Assembly (NCBI GenBank): GCA_963727625.1 | Contig: CAVSHR010000004.1 | Location: 1,408,001 to 1,472,000, forward strand | Origin: an uncultured delta proteobacterium | Lineage (GTDB): Bacteria; Desulfobacterota; Binatia; UBA9968 | DNA: 64,000 nucleotides | Direction of reading: 5' to 3' | Shown here: positions 1-11,821 of the stretch, piece by piece | How the letters are laid out: every line of letters starts with the position of its first letter | Position numbering within the stretch: the stretch's first letter is position 1 | Translations under genes and position numbers: made by a program | Notes under the pieces: generated by a model | What the model saw: only the letters and a program-made list of their open reading frames with translations | What the model was told of the DNA's origin: nothing | The model's database searches: none

Positions 1-94
1 CGTCAGTCTTGCATTCCGGCCTGAATCATCCATCGACTAGCAAACCTCCGTCGATTGCGTCTGATGCGCCACATGATAATTTGAATTGAAAGCC

Positions 95-805
95 ATGACC
101 TTCAAATTGAAAAATGAATTTGCGAGCTTTCGACCAGTGACGTCGAATTTTCCGAGAGTGGCCGCCGGGCTGGTTGCTCTCGCTCTCATGCTTTTCGCAC
201 CGTTGCAAAGCGGGGTCGATGCGTCTCCGAGTTATACCGATAAACAGATGGATGCCTTGGCAACGCGCGTGGGGCGGACTTTTTGGATCTACGCTCAGGA
301 CAACAAGTTGCCGGTGTTCGTCACCGCACCCAACGCCGCGGCGGCGACGGTTCATCCGGGAAACAAGGAGTCTTTCGTCATCACGGACCTTGCCGGACGC
401 GCAAAAAGGGACCCTTACTACACGGTAAAATTTGAGTCAGGAAAAATCGCATATATTCGACCGGACCTGTTTCATGAAGCGCTCAATCTGACGATTTTAT
501 CTGTCGATCCCTTCGCTGACGAAAAGCGAAAGGCGGCACAACAGGCGGCCGAAGAAAAAAATCGCGTTGATTGGATCAAAGCCCAACCTTGGTCACTGGC
601 GGTCAAAGAGGCGGCGATCAAAAAGCAGCCGACTCCCGGCTTAAACAGCGCGGAGGTGAGACGGGTCTTTGGTAAGCCGCAGCGAATCACGAAGCTGCGC
701 GGTCCGATAAAGGTATCCGAGGAACACTGGTTTTATCCGGACGGATCAGTTTTGGTAATGACCAATGGACTGTTGACCGGAATGGAAAAACCGCCGAGCA
801 AATGA
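95..805 (+). CDS. Exported hypothetical protein, possible SmpA/BamE-like C-terminal domain
   Basis: ORF 86..805, ATG at 95 preferred; hydrophobic signal-like segment; C-terminal GLNSAEVRRVFGKP...EEHWFY pattern. Confidence 0.55.
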   Translation: MTFKLKNEFASFRPVTSNFPRVAAGLVALALMLFAPLQSGVDASPSYTDKQMDALATRVGRTFWIYAQDNKLPVFVTAPNAAAATVHPGNKESFVITDLAGRAKRDPYYTVKFESGKIAYIRPDLFHEALNLTILSVDPFADEKRKAAQQAAEEKNRVDWIKAQPWSLAVKEAAIKKQPTPGLNSAEVRRVFGKPQRITKLRGPIKVSEEHWFYPDGSVLVMTNGLLTGMEKPPSK

Positions 806-980
806 CCGCTTCCATGTTTTACTCGTTCTGCAGCGGCTACCACAGTTGCATAACACCACGGACACGATTTGGAGTTAAAAATAGTCCTATTCCCCGGAGA
901 CCGCCACGGTTGGAAAAGGCTTTTTTTACGCTTTCCAGCTAGACCACGTCTGCGGGCGCCGACAACTTGTGGAGTCCACT

Positions 981-1478
981 CTATAATTTTAATTTTTTCA
1001 GCTTTTCATTTCGCCGCCGCTCAACTCTGGAAAGCCGGTTTGGATTGCCTCGCTTAGTTGCAGGATAAATCTCGTCTGCGAGATCGTCGCCACTCGGCCC
1101 GACATCCAGGCTGCGGAGAATTTGGCTGAATTCATTCGACGCGATCGCGACGGCGCCGAACCGCTCGACAGCGTTGCTAATCTCGCGATCGGAGGTTACC
1201 ACGACCGAACCGCCGCCCTTCTCGTGCGCCAACCGAACGATAACCGCATCGGCTTTTTCATTGAGCCGGGAATACAGAACTGCTATTCCATCGACTTTCT
1301 GCGACGTTTGCTCATTTCGGCCGGCGCGCCAACCGTCGAAGACTACCGTTACTTTAAACTGTTTGACTTTCTGGTATAACGAAAGCCGTTGAACCAGCCA
1401 GTTGCGTTTGGGCTCTAGGGCTCCGTGCAGCCCCTGTTCGCCGCCGATCAAATTATAGCCGTCAACAATAATGTCCAT
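981..1478 (-). CDS. NYN/YacP (Rae1)-like PIN-fold RNase
   Basis: IIVDGYNLI, VVFDG, ADAVI, VVTSDREI motifs; start set at ATG 1478. Confidence 0.8.
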   Translation of the reverse strand: MDIIVDGYNLIGGEQGLHGALEPKRNWLVQRLSLYQKVKQFKVTVVFDGWRAGRNEQTSQKVDGIAVLYSRLNEKADAVIVRLAHEKGGGSVVVTSDREISNAVERFGAVAIASNEFSQILRSLDVGPSGDDLADEIYPATKRGNPNRLSRVERRRNEKLKKLKL

Positions 1479-1592
1479 GGCTCGGTCCCCACCCATACTG
1501 GGCCGGTTTAGAATGAGGCTTTCACAGTCGGTTGTCAAAACAGAAAAAAACAGGTACAACCGTTGCGATTTTCTAATGGAGGATCTGCGCAA

Positions 1593-2765
1593 TTGTCATT
1601 TAATATCAACAAAGCTAAAAGAATCAAAGAGTTGCCACCCTATCTCTTCGCCGAGATCGATCGCGGCAAACGCGAAGCATTAGCCCGGGGTGTCGATCTC
1701 ATCGATCTAGGTATTGGTGATCCGGATATCCCGACACCAACCCCGATCGTCGAGAAATTGCTCGAAGGTGCCAGCAAGCCAGTCAATCACCGTTATCCGA
1801 ACAGCTCGGGCATGTTGGAATTCCGAGAAGCAGTGGCTAATTGGTATAAATCGCGCTTTAACGTAACCCTCGATCCGTCGAAAGAAGTCGTTTCACTGAT
1901 CGGTTCCAAGGAAGGCATCGGCAATATGGCCGTCGCTTTTGTCGATCCGGGAGACGTGGTCCTTGTCGCGAGCCCCTGTTACCCCGTCTATCACATCGGC
2001 ACGGCCTTCAACGGCGGCAAAAACTATTTTCTCCCGTTGAAGCGGGAGAATCACTTTTTACCCGATCTCAACTCGATTCCGAGCGAGGTTGCCAAACAGG
2101 CCAAACTGCTGTGGATAAACTATCCTAACAATCCCACGGCCGCCGTCGCGGATGCCGATTTTTTCAAGCGGGTTGTCGAATTCGCCAACGAAAATCGCAT
2201 TATCGTTTGCCACGACGCCGCCTACACTGAGATGGGTTACGACGGCTACCGGCCGATGAGCTTTCTCGAAGTCGGCGGCGCTCGCGAAGTCGGCATCGAA
2301 TTTCACTCTCTGTCGAAGACCTTTAACATGACCGGCTGGCGCATCGGCATGGCCGTTGGCAACCCGGAAATTGTCGGCGGACTGGCCCAGGCCAAATCCA
2401 ACTTGGATTCCGGAATCTTCCAAGCGATTCAGGAAGCCGGCATCGAAGCGCTCCGCTTGGGCGATCAGATCATCGAGCCGTCACGTAAAATTTATCAAGA
2501 ACGGCGCGACATTCTGGTCGACGGCCTGCGTGCCGTCGGGCTCGACTGCGAAAAACCCCGCGCGACCTTTTACGTTTGGGTCGCTTGCCCCAAAGGGCTT
2601 TCGTCAGCCGATTTCACCGCCAAGCTGCTTAACGAAGCCGGGGTCGTAACCACTCCCGGCAACGGTTTCGGCGACGCCGGCGAAGGCTATGTGCGTTTCA
2701 CCGTTTGCGTTGACAAAGAACGACTGCGGGAGGTTGCGGAACGGATTCGACGGGTCAAGCTGTAA
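1593..2765 (+). CDS. dapL: LL-diaminopimelate aminotransferase
   Basis: LPPYLFAEID, LGIGDPD, NYPNNPT, SLSKTFNMTGWRIG PLP-lysine motif; GGAGGA upstream of TTG 1593. Confidence 0.85.
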   Translation: MSFNINKAKRIKELPPYLFAEIDRGKREALARGVDLIDLGIGDPDIPTPTPIVEKLLEGASKPVNHRYPNSSGMLEFREAVANWYKSRFNVTLDPSKEVVSLIGSKEGIGNMAVAFVDPGDVVLVASPCYPVYHIGTAFNGGKNYFLPLKRENHFLPDLNSIPSEVAKQAKLLWINYPNNPTAAVADADFFKRVVEFANENRIIVCHDAAYTEMGYDGYRPMSFLEVGGAREVGIEFHSLSKTFNMTGWRIGMAVGNPEIVGGLAQAKSNLDSGIFQAIQEAGIEALRLGDQIIEPSRKIYQERRDILVDGLRAVGLDCEKPRATFYVWVACPKGLSSADFTAKLLNEAGVVTTPGNGFGDAGEGYVRFTVCVDKERLREVAERIRRVKL

Positions 2766-2789
2766 GAATTCCATTCCCGAAGCGGCGCC

Positions 2790-3293
2790 ATGGCAAACGC
2801 GATCACCCATCAAGTTTATGTCGGAATCGGTTCCAACGTAGGGAACAAGAAAGAAAATTTCATCGAGGCCGTAAACCGACTTACGAAGCTGCCAGACACC
2901 AAGGTGATCAAAGAATCATCGCTTTACGAAAGCGAACCTTTAGGGGACGCTAAAGATTGGTACGTCAACGGTGCCGTCGAGATCGAGACCAGATTCAAGC
3001 CCGACATGCTGCTCAAGAAATTTAAAAATATCGAGCGGGCCATGGGCCGAAAGAAAGTAAAGAAACGCTGGGGTTCGCGCATCATCGACTTGGACATCTT
3101 GCTCTACGACGCCGCGGTAATTAACAAGAAAAACTTGCGAATTCCGCACCCGGAAATGCCCAGCCGCAAATTTGTTCTCATCCCGTTGAGCGAGATCGCG
3201 CCGCAAGTAATCCATCCGGAGCTTGGCGTGACCATCTCCGAGCTCTTGATCAACATCAAAGATGAGAAGAAAATACACCTGTATCACGCTTAG
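2790..3293 (+). CDS. folK: 2-amino-4-hydroxy-6-hydroxymethyldihydropteridine diphosphokinase
   Basis: YVGIGSNVG, SSLYESEP, WGSRIIDLDILLY, IPHP motifs. Confidence 0.95.
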   Translation: MANAITHQVYVGIGSNVGNKKENFIEAVNRLTKLPDTKVIKESSLYESEPLGDAKDWYVNGAVEIETRFKPDMLLKKFKNIERAMGRKKVKKRWGSRIIDLDILLYDAAVINKKNLRIPHPEMPSRKFVLIPLSEIAPQVIHPELGVTISELLINIKDEKKIHLYHA

Positions 3294-3326
3294 GTCTTGG
3301 TATAACCGTCAAACGGAAGCGAAATA

Positions 3327-3563
3327 TTGGTGTTCCGTCTCGTCGTAATTTTTGTATTATTTTACCTCCTTCTCTCGGTGCTGAAAGGGATTATTTTTCG
3401 CGGCAAGGGCAGCGCGCCGAGTCGGGAAAAATCGAAAACCGAGAGCGAGGAAATGGTCCTCGACCCGCAATGCCAAAGCTACATCCCCAAATCGGCAGCT
3501 GTGGTGCAATCAGGCAAGTATTTTTGCAGTCAGGAATGTGCGCGGCTTTATCTAGCGCGCTAG
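3327..3563 (+). CDS. Small membrane-anchored protein with TRASH/YHS-like Cys motif (PP0621-like)
   Basis: N-terminal TM helix then MVLDPQCQSYIP...YFCSQEC. Confidence 0.7.
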   Translation: MVFRLVVIFVLFYLLLSVLKGIIFRGKGSAPSREKSKTESEEMVLDPQCQSYIPKSAAVVQSGKYFCSQECARLYLAR

Positions 3564-4973
3564 AGCGCGAAGAATTTTTTCGTGGACGTTGTCGAACCCG
3601 CCGTTCGACATCACCAGCACCAAATCGCCCGGCTGTGCTTCGCGCGCGATGGTCCCGGCAATTTCGTCGGCGGTCGTTATTTGCCTGGCCCGGTCTTTGA
3701 CACCCGACCGATTGATCGCGGCCACGACATTCTCGACAGAGAGACGTTCGCCGTCGGCGACCTTTTCCGGCTGATAGACGCTTGCTACGAGGACTCGATC
3801 GGCCATAGCTAAAGCCCTGGCAAACTCTTTCTCGAAAATATTGCGTTTGCTGGTATTACTGCGCGGCTCGAAAACTGCCCACAACCTGCGGCCATTGTAG
3901 GCGGACTGGACCGCCTCGATAGTCTCGCGCACCGCAGTGGGATGATGCGCAAAGTCATCCATTACCAAAACCCCTCTGCGTTCACCACGCATCTCCTGGC
4001 GCCGCTTCACGCCGCGAAAACTCGCGAAACCGCCGAGGAGCTGGGTTCGCTCGATTCCGATGGCCCGACCCAACGCATAGACCGCCAAGGCATTTTTGAC
4101 GTTGTGTCGGCCGATCAAACCAACTTCGATCCGTCCTTCGGATTGTCCGCGGTAGCATGGTTCAAAGAACGTACGGCCTTGGTGGCATTCAAGGTTGATG
4201 GCTCGCCAATCGCTGCCGGCGCCATCGCCGTAAAGGACCCGGCCACAGCGCGCTGCGGCCGCGATTTCGCCAGCCACAGGATAATCGTTGCAGACGACCA
4301 GAGTGCCGTCCCGCGGAATAATGTCCATAAGGCGCAGGAACGCGATCCTCACATGGTCGAGATCACGATAAATATCGGCGTGATCGAATTCGACACTGGT
4401 GAGAATGACATGTCGGGGCCGGTAATGAAGAAATTTTGGCCCCTTGTCAAAGAACGCCGTGTCGTATTCGTCGCCTTCGATCACCACATGATCGCCCGTG
4501 CCAACCTTCCAGCCGCTGGAAAAATTGACCGGCACTCCGCCGACAAAAAAACCCGGGTCGAGCCCCGCGCAGGTCAAGACCCACGCGGCCAAGGCGCTGG
4601 TCGTCGTTTTGCCGTGGGTACCGGCCACCACCAGCGACTTTCTCGAGCCGATAAGGAATTCCCCCAGCGCCTGCGGAAAAGAAAGATAAGGGATGTTCTG
4701 TGCCAGCACCGTTTGCGCTTCTGGGTTGGCGCGCGACACGGCGTTGCCAACGATCACCAGATCCGGCCGCGGTTTTACATGATCGGCCTGGAACCCCGCG
4801 AGCACTTCGATGCCAATTTCGCTCAAGTACGTGCTCATGGGCGGATATATATTCTGATCGGAGCCGGTCACGCGGTAGCCGCACGATTGGAGCAGACCGG
4901 CCAGCGACGCCATGCCAACGCCGCACACCGCGATCAAATGAATATGACTGCCAGGCGCCGGCTGCTCGCTCAT
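3552..4973 (-). CDS. mpl: UDP-MurNAc:L-Ala-gamma-D-Glu-meso-DAP ligase (murein peptide ligase)
   Basis: CGVGMASLAG, GSDQNIYPPMST, AGTHGKTTT, EGDEYDTAFFDKGPKF, DDFAHHPTA, FEPRSNT. Confidence 0.93.
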   Translation of the reverse strand: MSEQPAPGSHIHLIAVCGVGMASLAGLLQSCGYRVTGSDQNIYPPMSTYLSEIGIEVLAGFQADHVKPRPDLVIVGNAVSRANPEAQTVLAQNIPYLSFPQALGEFLIGSRKSLVVAGTHGKTTTSALAAWVLTCAGLDPGFFVGGVPVNFSSGWKVGTGDHVVIEGDEYDTAFFDKGPKFLHYRPRHVILTSVEFDHADIYRDLDHVRIAFLRLMDIIPRDGTLVVCNDYPVAGEIAAAARCGRVLYGDGAGSDWRAINLECHQGRTFFEPCYRGQSEGRIEVGLIGRHNVKNALAVYALGRAIGIERTQLLGGFASFRGVKRRQEMRGERRGVLVMDDFAHHPTAVRETIEAVQSAYNGRRLWAVFEPRSNTSKRNIFEKEFARALAMADRVLVASVYQPEKVADGERLSVENVVAAINRSGVKDRARQITTADEIAGTIAREAQPGDLVLVMSNGGFDNVHEKILRALAR

Positions 4974-6097
4974 GAAAAGAGAACTTTCATGATCTGATCG
5001 TGGATATACGGTCGGAATTCTTTAATCTTGTCGTTTTTGCGGGTCGGATGCACTCGGTTGGTCAACAGCACGACATGGCAATGTTTCTCCAGGTCCCACC
5101 ATAGGGAACAGCCAGTGTAGCCCAAGTGACCGACCGAATGTTTCGAAAACAAACTACCGCTGGCCGAGCGCTCGGACGACGGCGTATCCCAACCGAGGGC
5201 AAAGACAGCATTGGGCGACGACTCGTCTTTCTTGAAAAATTCCTGGACCAGCTGCTGCGGCAAGAAACTATCCTTACCCTCAAAGCAGCGGCTCATGCGC
5301 AGCACAAACTCATGGACGTCGCGCGCCGAAGAGAAGAGTCCGGCATGGCCCACCACGCCTCCCATTGCGTACGCGTTATCATCATGGACTTCACCGCAAA
5401 GAACCTTCTTGCGCCAAGGGCAATTCTCGGTCGGAGCAATCATGTCTTCCACCGGTTGAAGACGGTGAGTGCGCAGCAGGGTGAGATCTACAAAACCCGT
5501 GGCGCGAAGCCCCAGCGGTTTAAAAATCTTGTCCTGACAGAAGCGATCCAGCGTGTTGCCCGTGAGCACCTCGATCGCTTCGCCTAAAATCATAAAGCCG
5601 AGGTCGCTGTACAGACACTGGCTACCCGGTGCGGTCAAAGGCCTTTCTCGGTGAATCTGTTCGAAGACGTAATTTTTCGCCGCCCGGCTGGCAACGAAAT
5701 TAATTCGGCCGGCTTTTTCGTGTTTTATAATTTCTTCGTAGAAGGCCTTCCAAGCCGGAAGACCCGAAGAATGGTTGAGCAGCTGCCGAATCGTCGTAAG
5801 ATTCTTGCCGAACACGCCGTACATCGGAATCACCCGGGTTATTAGATCGTCGAGTCGCAGTTTCTTTTCCTTGCCCAGGAGCATGATGGCAACCGTGGTC
5901 GCCATCGGCTTGGTCAGGGAAGCGAGATCGAAAATCGTACCGAGGCCCATCGGCGTTTTACGCGGTGCCAGCGAGCGATAGCCGAACGCTCGCTCATAGA
6001 CGACCTCGGCATCTTTACTCACGAGCACAACAGCTCCCGGAAAGACCCCCTCCGCAACCGCCTTTTCAAAAGCATTTTCGACGGGATAAAAATCCAT
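4970..6097 (-). CDS. Serine hydrolase, beta-lactamase class C/AmpC-like family
   Basis: FDLASLTK (SxxK), YSDLGF, GEVHDDNA, GHAGLFS, GHLGYTG, LLTNRVHP; overlaps mpl start. Confidence 0.88.
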   Translation of the reverse strand: MDFYPVENAFEKAVAEGVFPGAVVLVSKDAEVVYERAFGYRSLAPRKTPMGLGTIFDLASLTKPMATTVAIMLLGKEKKLRLDDLITRVIPMYGVFGKNLTTIRQLLNHSSGLPAWKAFYEEIIKHEKAGRINFVASRAAKNYVFEQIHRERPLTAPGSQCLYSDLGFMILGEAIEVLTGNTLDRFCQDKIFKPLGLRATGFVDLTLLRTHRLQPVEDMIAPTENCPWRKKVLCGEVHDDNAYAMGGVVGHAGLFSSARDVHEFVLRMSRCFEGKDSFLPQQLVQEFFKKDESSPNAVFALGWDTPSSERSASGSLFSKHSVGHLGYTGCSLWWDLEKHCHVVLLTNRVHPTRKNDKIKEFRPYIHDQIMKVLFS

Positions 6098-6130
6098 TTT
6101 CAACGAACTATGAAATTCCAAGCCACACGA

Positions 6131-7033
6131 TCAAGCAACGGGCGCTTCCAGTAACTCCAAGACCGCGGCGTCGCCGTCCAACAACATTCTTACGCCAAAC
6201 GGCAGGGCGAGGTTTTCCGGCCCATGGCCGGCCTTCATTCCCATAACCACGGGGTAACGCGCGTCGCGAAAGATATCGACGACAATCTCTCGCACGCCTC
6301 TGGTCCCCTCGTCTTCGCAGTTAGTGAAATCGCCCAGCACCACGCCCGCCACATGGTCGAGTTTTCCCGCCATCTTCAGATGGGTCAACATGCGTTCGAC
6401 CCGATACGGCCGCTCGCTCACATCCTCTAAAAAAAGTATTTTGCCAGCGGTATCGATTTCAAACGGCGTCCCGAGACTGGTGACTAAAAGAGATAGGCAG
6501 CCGCCCATCATCTCGGCTTCCACCCGGCCCGGCCTGATGCTTTCTCCCAGCGCAAGTTTCCACCCGCCCATGACACCGGCGAGAAGATTCCAAAAGTGCA
6601 TTTTGCCTTCGTCGCTCAACCCGCGTGCGATATCCATCGCCACCATGGGCGCGTGGAAAGTCACCATCTGGCAACTTTGGCACAGCCAATTCAGCAACGT
6701 CGTGACGTCGCTGTAGCCGGCAAAAATTTTCGGATGGCGACCCAGGTCCGAGCCCAAATAGGGAAGCAGTTGAACCGAGCCGAACCCGCCGCGGGCGCAA
6801 ATAATTGCGTCGATGTCCGGTCGGTGAAAAAAATCCACCAGATCTCGAGCTCGCGCTTGTGCTTTGCCGGCGAGATAACCGTTGCTGGCAAATAGATTCG
6901 GGCTCAGCTCGACTTCAAAACCCTGTGCGCGAATCGCGTCGACGCCAGCCTGAATCGTAATTCGATCGACTGTTCCGGCTGGCGCGGCCACACCGATTCG
7001 GCTGCCCGGTCTCAGACGTCGCGGTTTATGCAC
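6131..7033 (-). CDS. ldcA: LD-carboxypeptidase (S66 peptidase)
   Basis: ARGGFGS, GYSDVT, FLEDVSERPYRVERML, GHG catalytic motifs. Confidence 0.9.
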   Translation of the reverse strand: MHKPRRLRPGSRIGVAAPAGTVDRITIQAGVDAIRAQGFEVELSPNLFASNGYLAGKAQARARDLVDFFHRPDIDAIICARGGFGSVQLLPYLGSDLGRHPKIFAGYSDVTTLLNWLCQSCQMVTFHAPMVAMDIARGLSDEGKMHFWNLLAGVMGGWKLALGESIRPGRVEAEMMGGCLSLLVTSLGTPFEIDTAGKILFLEDVSERPYRVERMLTHLKMAGKLDHVAGVVLGDFTNCEDEGTRGVREIVVDIFRDARYPVVMGMKAGHGPENLALPFGVRMLLDGDAAVLELLEAPVA

Positions 7034-7092
7034 AGCCTCGAGCCTTTTCCCTTGAGATGTTTATCCGACCGCGAGGCCGGAATTCGAGGCCC

Positions 7093-7101
7093 TGTGGATA
7101 A
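7093..7101 (-). promoter_or_regulatory. Perfect DnaA box (TGTGGATAA)
   Basis: Exact reverse complement of TTATCCACA, intergenic. Confidence 0.6.
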
Positions 7102-7294
7102 CTCTCCATGTGACATATTTGAGAATAGCACCGAAGGCATATATATTGGCAAAAAAGCTTTGTTTGTACAAGATTTTCCCGCCGCAAAGGAATGAGATCC
7201 CGGAAGCAAGGAGATGATTGACATCACCTCTGCGGCCGGTTAGATAGAAAGTAATTCACCGTAAATGCCGGTTTTTCCGCTGGTTGCTAAGAGG

Positions 7295-7303
7295 TTATCC
7301 ACA
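7295..7303 (+). promoter_or_regulatory. Perfect DnaA box (TTATCCACA)
   Basis: Exact consensus, inverted relative to the box at 7093. Confidence 0.6.
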
Positions 7304-7319
7304 GAGATTTCAACGCTCC

Positions 7320-7595
7320 ATGAAAATCAATCCGGACCAGATCGAGCGTCTCGCGTCGCTGTTAGTGGCAAACTATCGGGGCAAGCAGTTGATGACCACC
7401 AAGGCCGGCGAGGCCTCGATCAAAAACAAGATCGCTGAAGTGATCGCTAACAACTTCGCCGAGGAGGACGCGATCGAAGAGGAGGCGCGCCGGATGCTCG
7501 CTTCCCATGCGCGCGTGACGCGCGACATGGATCCCTACAAAATGTTTTCGCTCGCCAAGCAAAAGCTTGCCGCAAAGAAAGGCTTCATCCTTTGA
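7320..7595 (+). CDS. DUF507-like protein
   Basis: MKINPDQIERLA...EDAIEEEARRML...YKMFSLAKQKLAAKKGFIL pattern. Confidence 0.7.
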   Translation: MKINPDQIERLASLLVANYRGKQLMTTKAGEASIKNKIAEVIANNFAEEDAIEEEARRMLASHARVTRDMDPYKMFSLAKQKLAAKKGFIL

Positions 7596-7867
7596 CGCGC
7601 GTCTCCGAGAGCCGCATTTCGCACCTTGCCCATCTAGTGTTGGACGGGCTACGCAAAGCACAATTGGCCGATTTTCCCAACGAGGGCCGTAGCTTGGTTG
7701 AGACAAAGCAAGTGTTGCACGACTTTTTCCAACGGGAAGATCACATCGACGAGGTGGCGCGGCAAAAAATCGCCTCGCTGTCGCGCCACGTGCCGCCGGG
7801 TAGCCGCGAGTGGGACATTCTCTACCGCAAATATTTCGAGGAAGAGTCACACAAGCAGCGCAAATAG
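7592..7867 (+). CDS. DUF507-like protein (second copy)
   Basis: SRISHLAH...IDEVARQKIASLSRHVPPGSREWDILYRKYFEEE; 4-nt overlap with upstream gene. Confidence 0.75.
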   Translation: MTRVSESRISHLAHLVLDGLRKAQLADFPNEGRSLVETKQVLHDFFQREDHIDEVARQKIASLSRHVPPGSREWDILYRKYFEEESHKQRK

Positions 7868-7934
7868 GCTTTTGCGACGGCCTTTCACCATGCTCGAAAT
7901 GGCTCATTTCAAAATGAATTTTTACCTAAAAACC

Positions 7935-7962
7935 TTGACATCTAAACATTGATGCTTAGATT
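7935..7962 (+). promoter_or_regulatory. Sigma70-type promoter of groESL with overlapping inverted repeat
   Basis: TTGACA-N16-TAGATT; ATCTAAACAT-TG-ATGCTTAGAT at 7940-7961. Confidence 0.55.
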
Positions 7963-8064
7963 CAACTCGCCCTGGGTTCAAGTGGCTTCGTTCAGCCCAT
8001 GACAAACCCGAGCGAATCCTTAAAATTCAGCATCTTAACGTGAAACTCTGAAAGGAGACAGGAA

Positions 8065-10046
<1,982 letters not shown>

Positions 10047-10069
10047 CTCAAACTCAAATTGTCAGAATC

Positions 10070-10115
10070 GGCCCGTTGCGTGCGACAACCCCGCGCGTAA
10101 CGGGCCTTTCTATTT
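10070..10115 (+). terminator. Rho-independent terminator after groEL
   Basis: GGCCCGTTGCGTGCG...CGCGCGTAACGGGCC stem followed by TTTCTATTT. Confidence 0.7.
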
Positions 10116-10200
10116 CTAGCGAGCTTGACTCCGGAAACTTTTCATATTACCTTGCTGGGAAACTTTCCCTTGAAAATATCGTCATTTAGCACCTGTATTC

Positions 10201-11541
10201 ATGTTCGAATCTTTAACTGACAAGCTTGAACTGACCTTTAAGCGGTTGCGCGGTCAGGGCAAGATTAGCGAGAGTAACATCGACGACGCGCTACGCGACG
10301 TTCGCCTCGCGTTGCTCGAGGCCGATGTCCATGTGCAGGTCGTCAAGAGCTTTCTCGAATCGGTCAAAACCAAGGCGATGGGGCAGGAGGTTTTGCAGAG
10401 CCTCACACCCGAACAACAGTTTCTCAAGATCGTTCGCGATGAGCTCATCGATCTTTTGGGCGGCGAACACCAAAATCTCGATCTCAAAGCGGCGCCGCCT
10501 GTCGTCATTATGATGGTGGGCCTGCAAGGCTCCGGCAAAACCACCACCCTGGCCAAGCTCGCCCGCTACCTCAAGAAAGACAAGAAGCGCGCGCCATACC
10601 TTGTCCCGGCCGATATTTATCGTCCAGCGGCCATCGAGCAATTGAAGATTCTCGGCAAGGAGCTGGAAGTGCCGGTATACGACGCGAATCCGGAAACCTC
10701 GCCGGTGTTGATTTGCCAACGTGCCTTACAAGAAGCTAAGCAGAGATTCTGCGACGTCCTGCTCATCGACACCGCGGGGCGCTTGCATATCGACGAAACG
10801 CTCATGCAAGAACTCCAGGCGATTAAAGCCGCGGTCAGGCCGCACCAGATCCTGTTCGTCGCCGATTCCATGACTGGTCAAGACGCCGTCAATCAAGCCA
10901 TGGGCTTTGAAGCAAAAATAGGGCTGTCGGGGATCGTCCTTACCAAGCTGGACGGCGACGCCCGCGGCGGTGCCGCGTTATCGATCCGTAAGATAGTCGG
11001 CAAGCCGATTTTATTTTCCGGCATCGGTGAAAAGCTCGACGCTCTAGAGCCCTTTTATCCGGACCGCCTGGCCTCGCGCATCCTCGGAATGGGCGACGTA
11101 CTGTCGCTGATCGACAAGGTTCAGCAGAACGTCGAACAAAAAGAAGCTGCGAGGCTGCAGCAAGCGTTTCAGAAGCAGCAATTCACCCTGGAAGAATTTC
11201 AACTTCAGCTCCAGCAAATTAAACGCATGGGGCCGGTGGGCAACTTGTTGGAGATGATTCCGGGCGGAAAAAAGCTCGCCGACCAGGTCGATTCGGATAA
11301 GGCGGAAAAAGAACTGAAGCGCGTCGAAGCGATCATCAACTCGATGACGCTGAAGGAGCGGCGTAATCCAGCGCTGCTGAACGGCAGCCGGCGGCGCCGC
11401 ATTGCCCAGGGCAGCGGCACCACGGTGACCGATGTCAACCGATTGATGAAACAATTCATGGAAATGAAAAAAATGATGCACAGGGTCAGCAAAGGCGGCA
11501 TGCGCGCGTTGCTCGGCCGGATGCCGAACCCGTTTCACTAG
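10201..11541 (+). CDS. ffh: Signal recognition particle protein Ffh
   Basis: [34 protein letters not shown] domain. Confidence 0.98.
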   Translation: MFESLTDKLELTFKRLRGQGKISESNIDDALRDVRLALLEADVHVQVVKSFLESVKTKAMGQEVLQSLTPEQQFLKIVRDELIDLLGGEHQNLDLKAAPPVVIMMVGLQGSGKTTTLAKLARYLKKDKKRAPYLVPADIYRPAAIEQLKILGKELEVPVYDANPETSPVLICQRALQEAKQRFCDVLLIDTAGRLHIDETLMQELQAIKAAVRPHQILFVADSMTGQDAVNQAMGFEAKIGLSGIVLTKLDGDARGGAALSIRKIVGKPILFSGIGEKLDALEPFYPDRLASRILGMGDVLSLIDKVQQNVEQKEAARLQQAFQKQQFTLEEFQLQLQQIKRMGPVGNLLEMIPGGKKLADQVDSDKAEKELKRVEAIINSMTLKERRNPALLNGSRRRRIAQGSGTTVTDVNRLMKQFMEMKKMMHRVSKGGMRALLGRMPNPFH

Positions 11542-11564
11542 ACAAGGAGAAGGGAATAACTCGT

Positions 11565-11810
11565 ATGAGCGTAACCATAAGAATGAGCCGGCATGGGGCA
11601 AAGAAAAAACCTTTTTACCGCATCGTCGTCAGCGACCAGCGCTATCCGCGCGATGGCCGTTACATCGAGCAGGTTGGAACCTATGATCCGCGCGCCAAGA
11701 GCGGCGGGGTAAAATTGAATCAGGTGAAGATCGAAGCTTGGATTAAAAAGGGAGCCAAGCCCTCGCAAACGGTTTCCGAACTCATCAAGAAAGAAAAGAA
11801 GGCCGGTTAG
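11565..11810 (+). CDS. rpsP: 30S ribosomal protein S16
   Basis: [29 protein letters not shown]. Confidence 0.98.
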   Translation: MSVTIRMSRHGAKKKPFYRIVVSDQRYPRDGRYIEQVGTYDPRAKSGGVKLNQVKIEAWIKKGAKPSQTVSELIKKEKKAG

Positions 11811-11821
11811 GCGTTCTTTCC

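Noticed and set aside
1-33. Possible minus-strand gene start at 33 with GGAGG upstream
   Set aside because: Only 11 codons lie in the window, too few to support a call
2110-2118. Perfect DnaA box inside dapL
   Set aside because: Encodes the conserved LWIN motif, isolated, likely chance
4970-6097. Beta-lactam resistance gene
   Set aside because: No signal peptide, and the peptidoglycan-recycling context favours a housekeeping hydrolase
10186-10195. TTAGCAC half-CIRCE upstream of ffh
   Set aside because: Incomplete arm and no second arm
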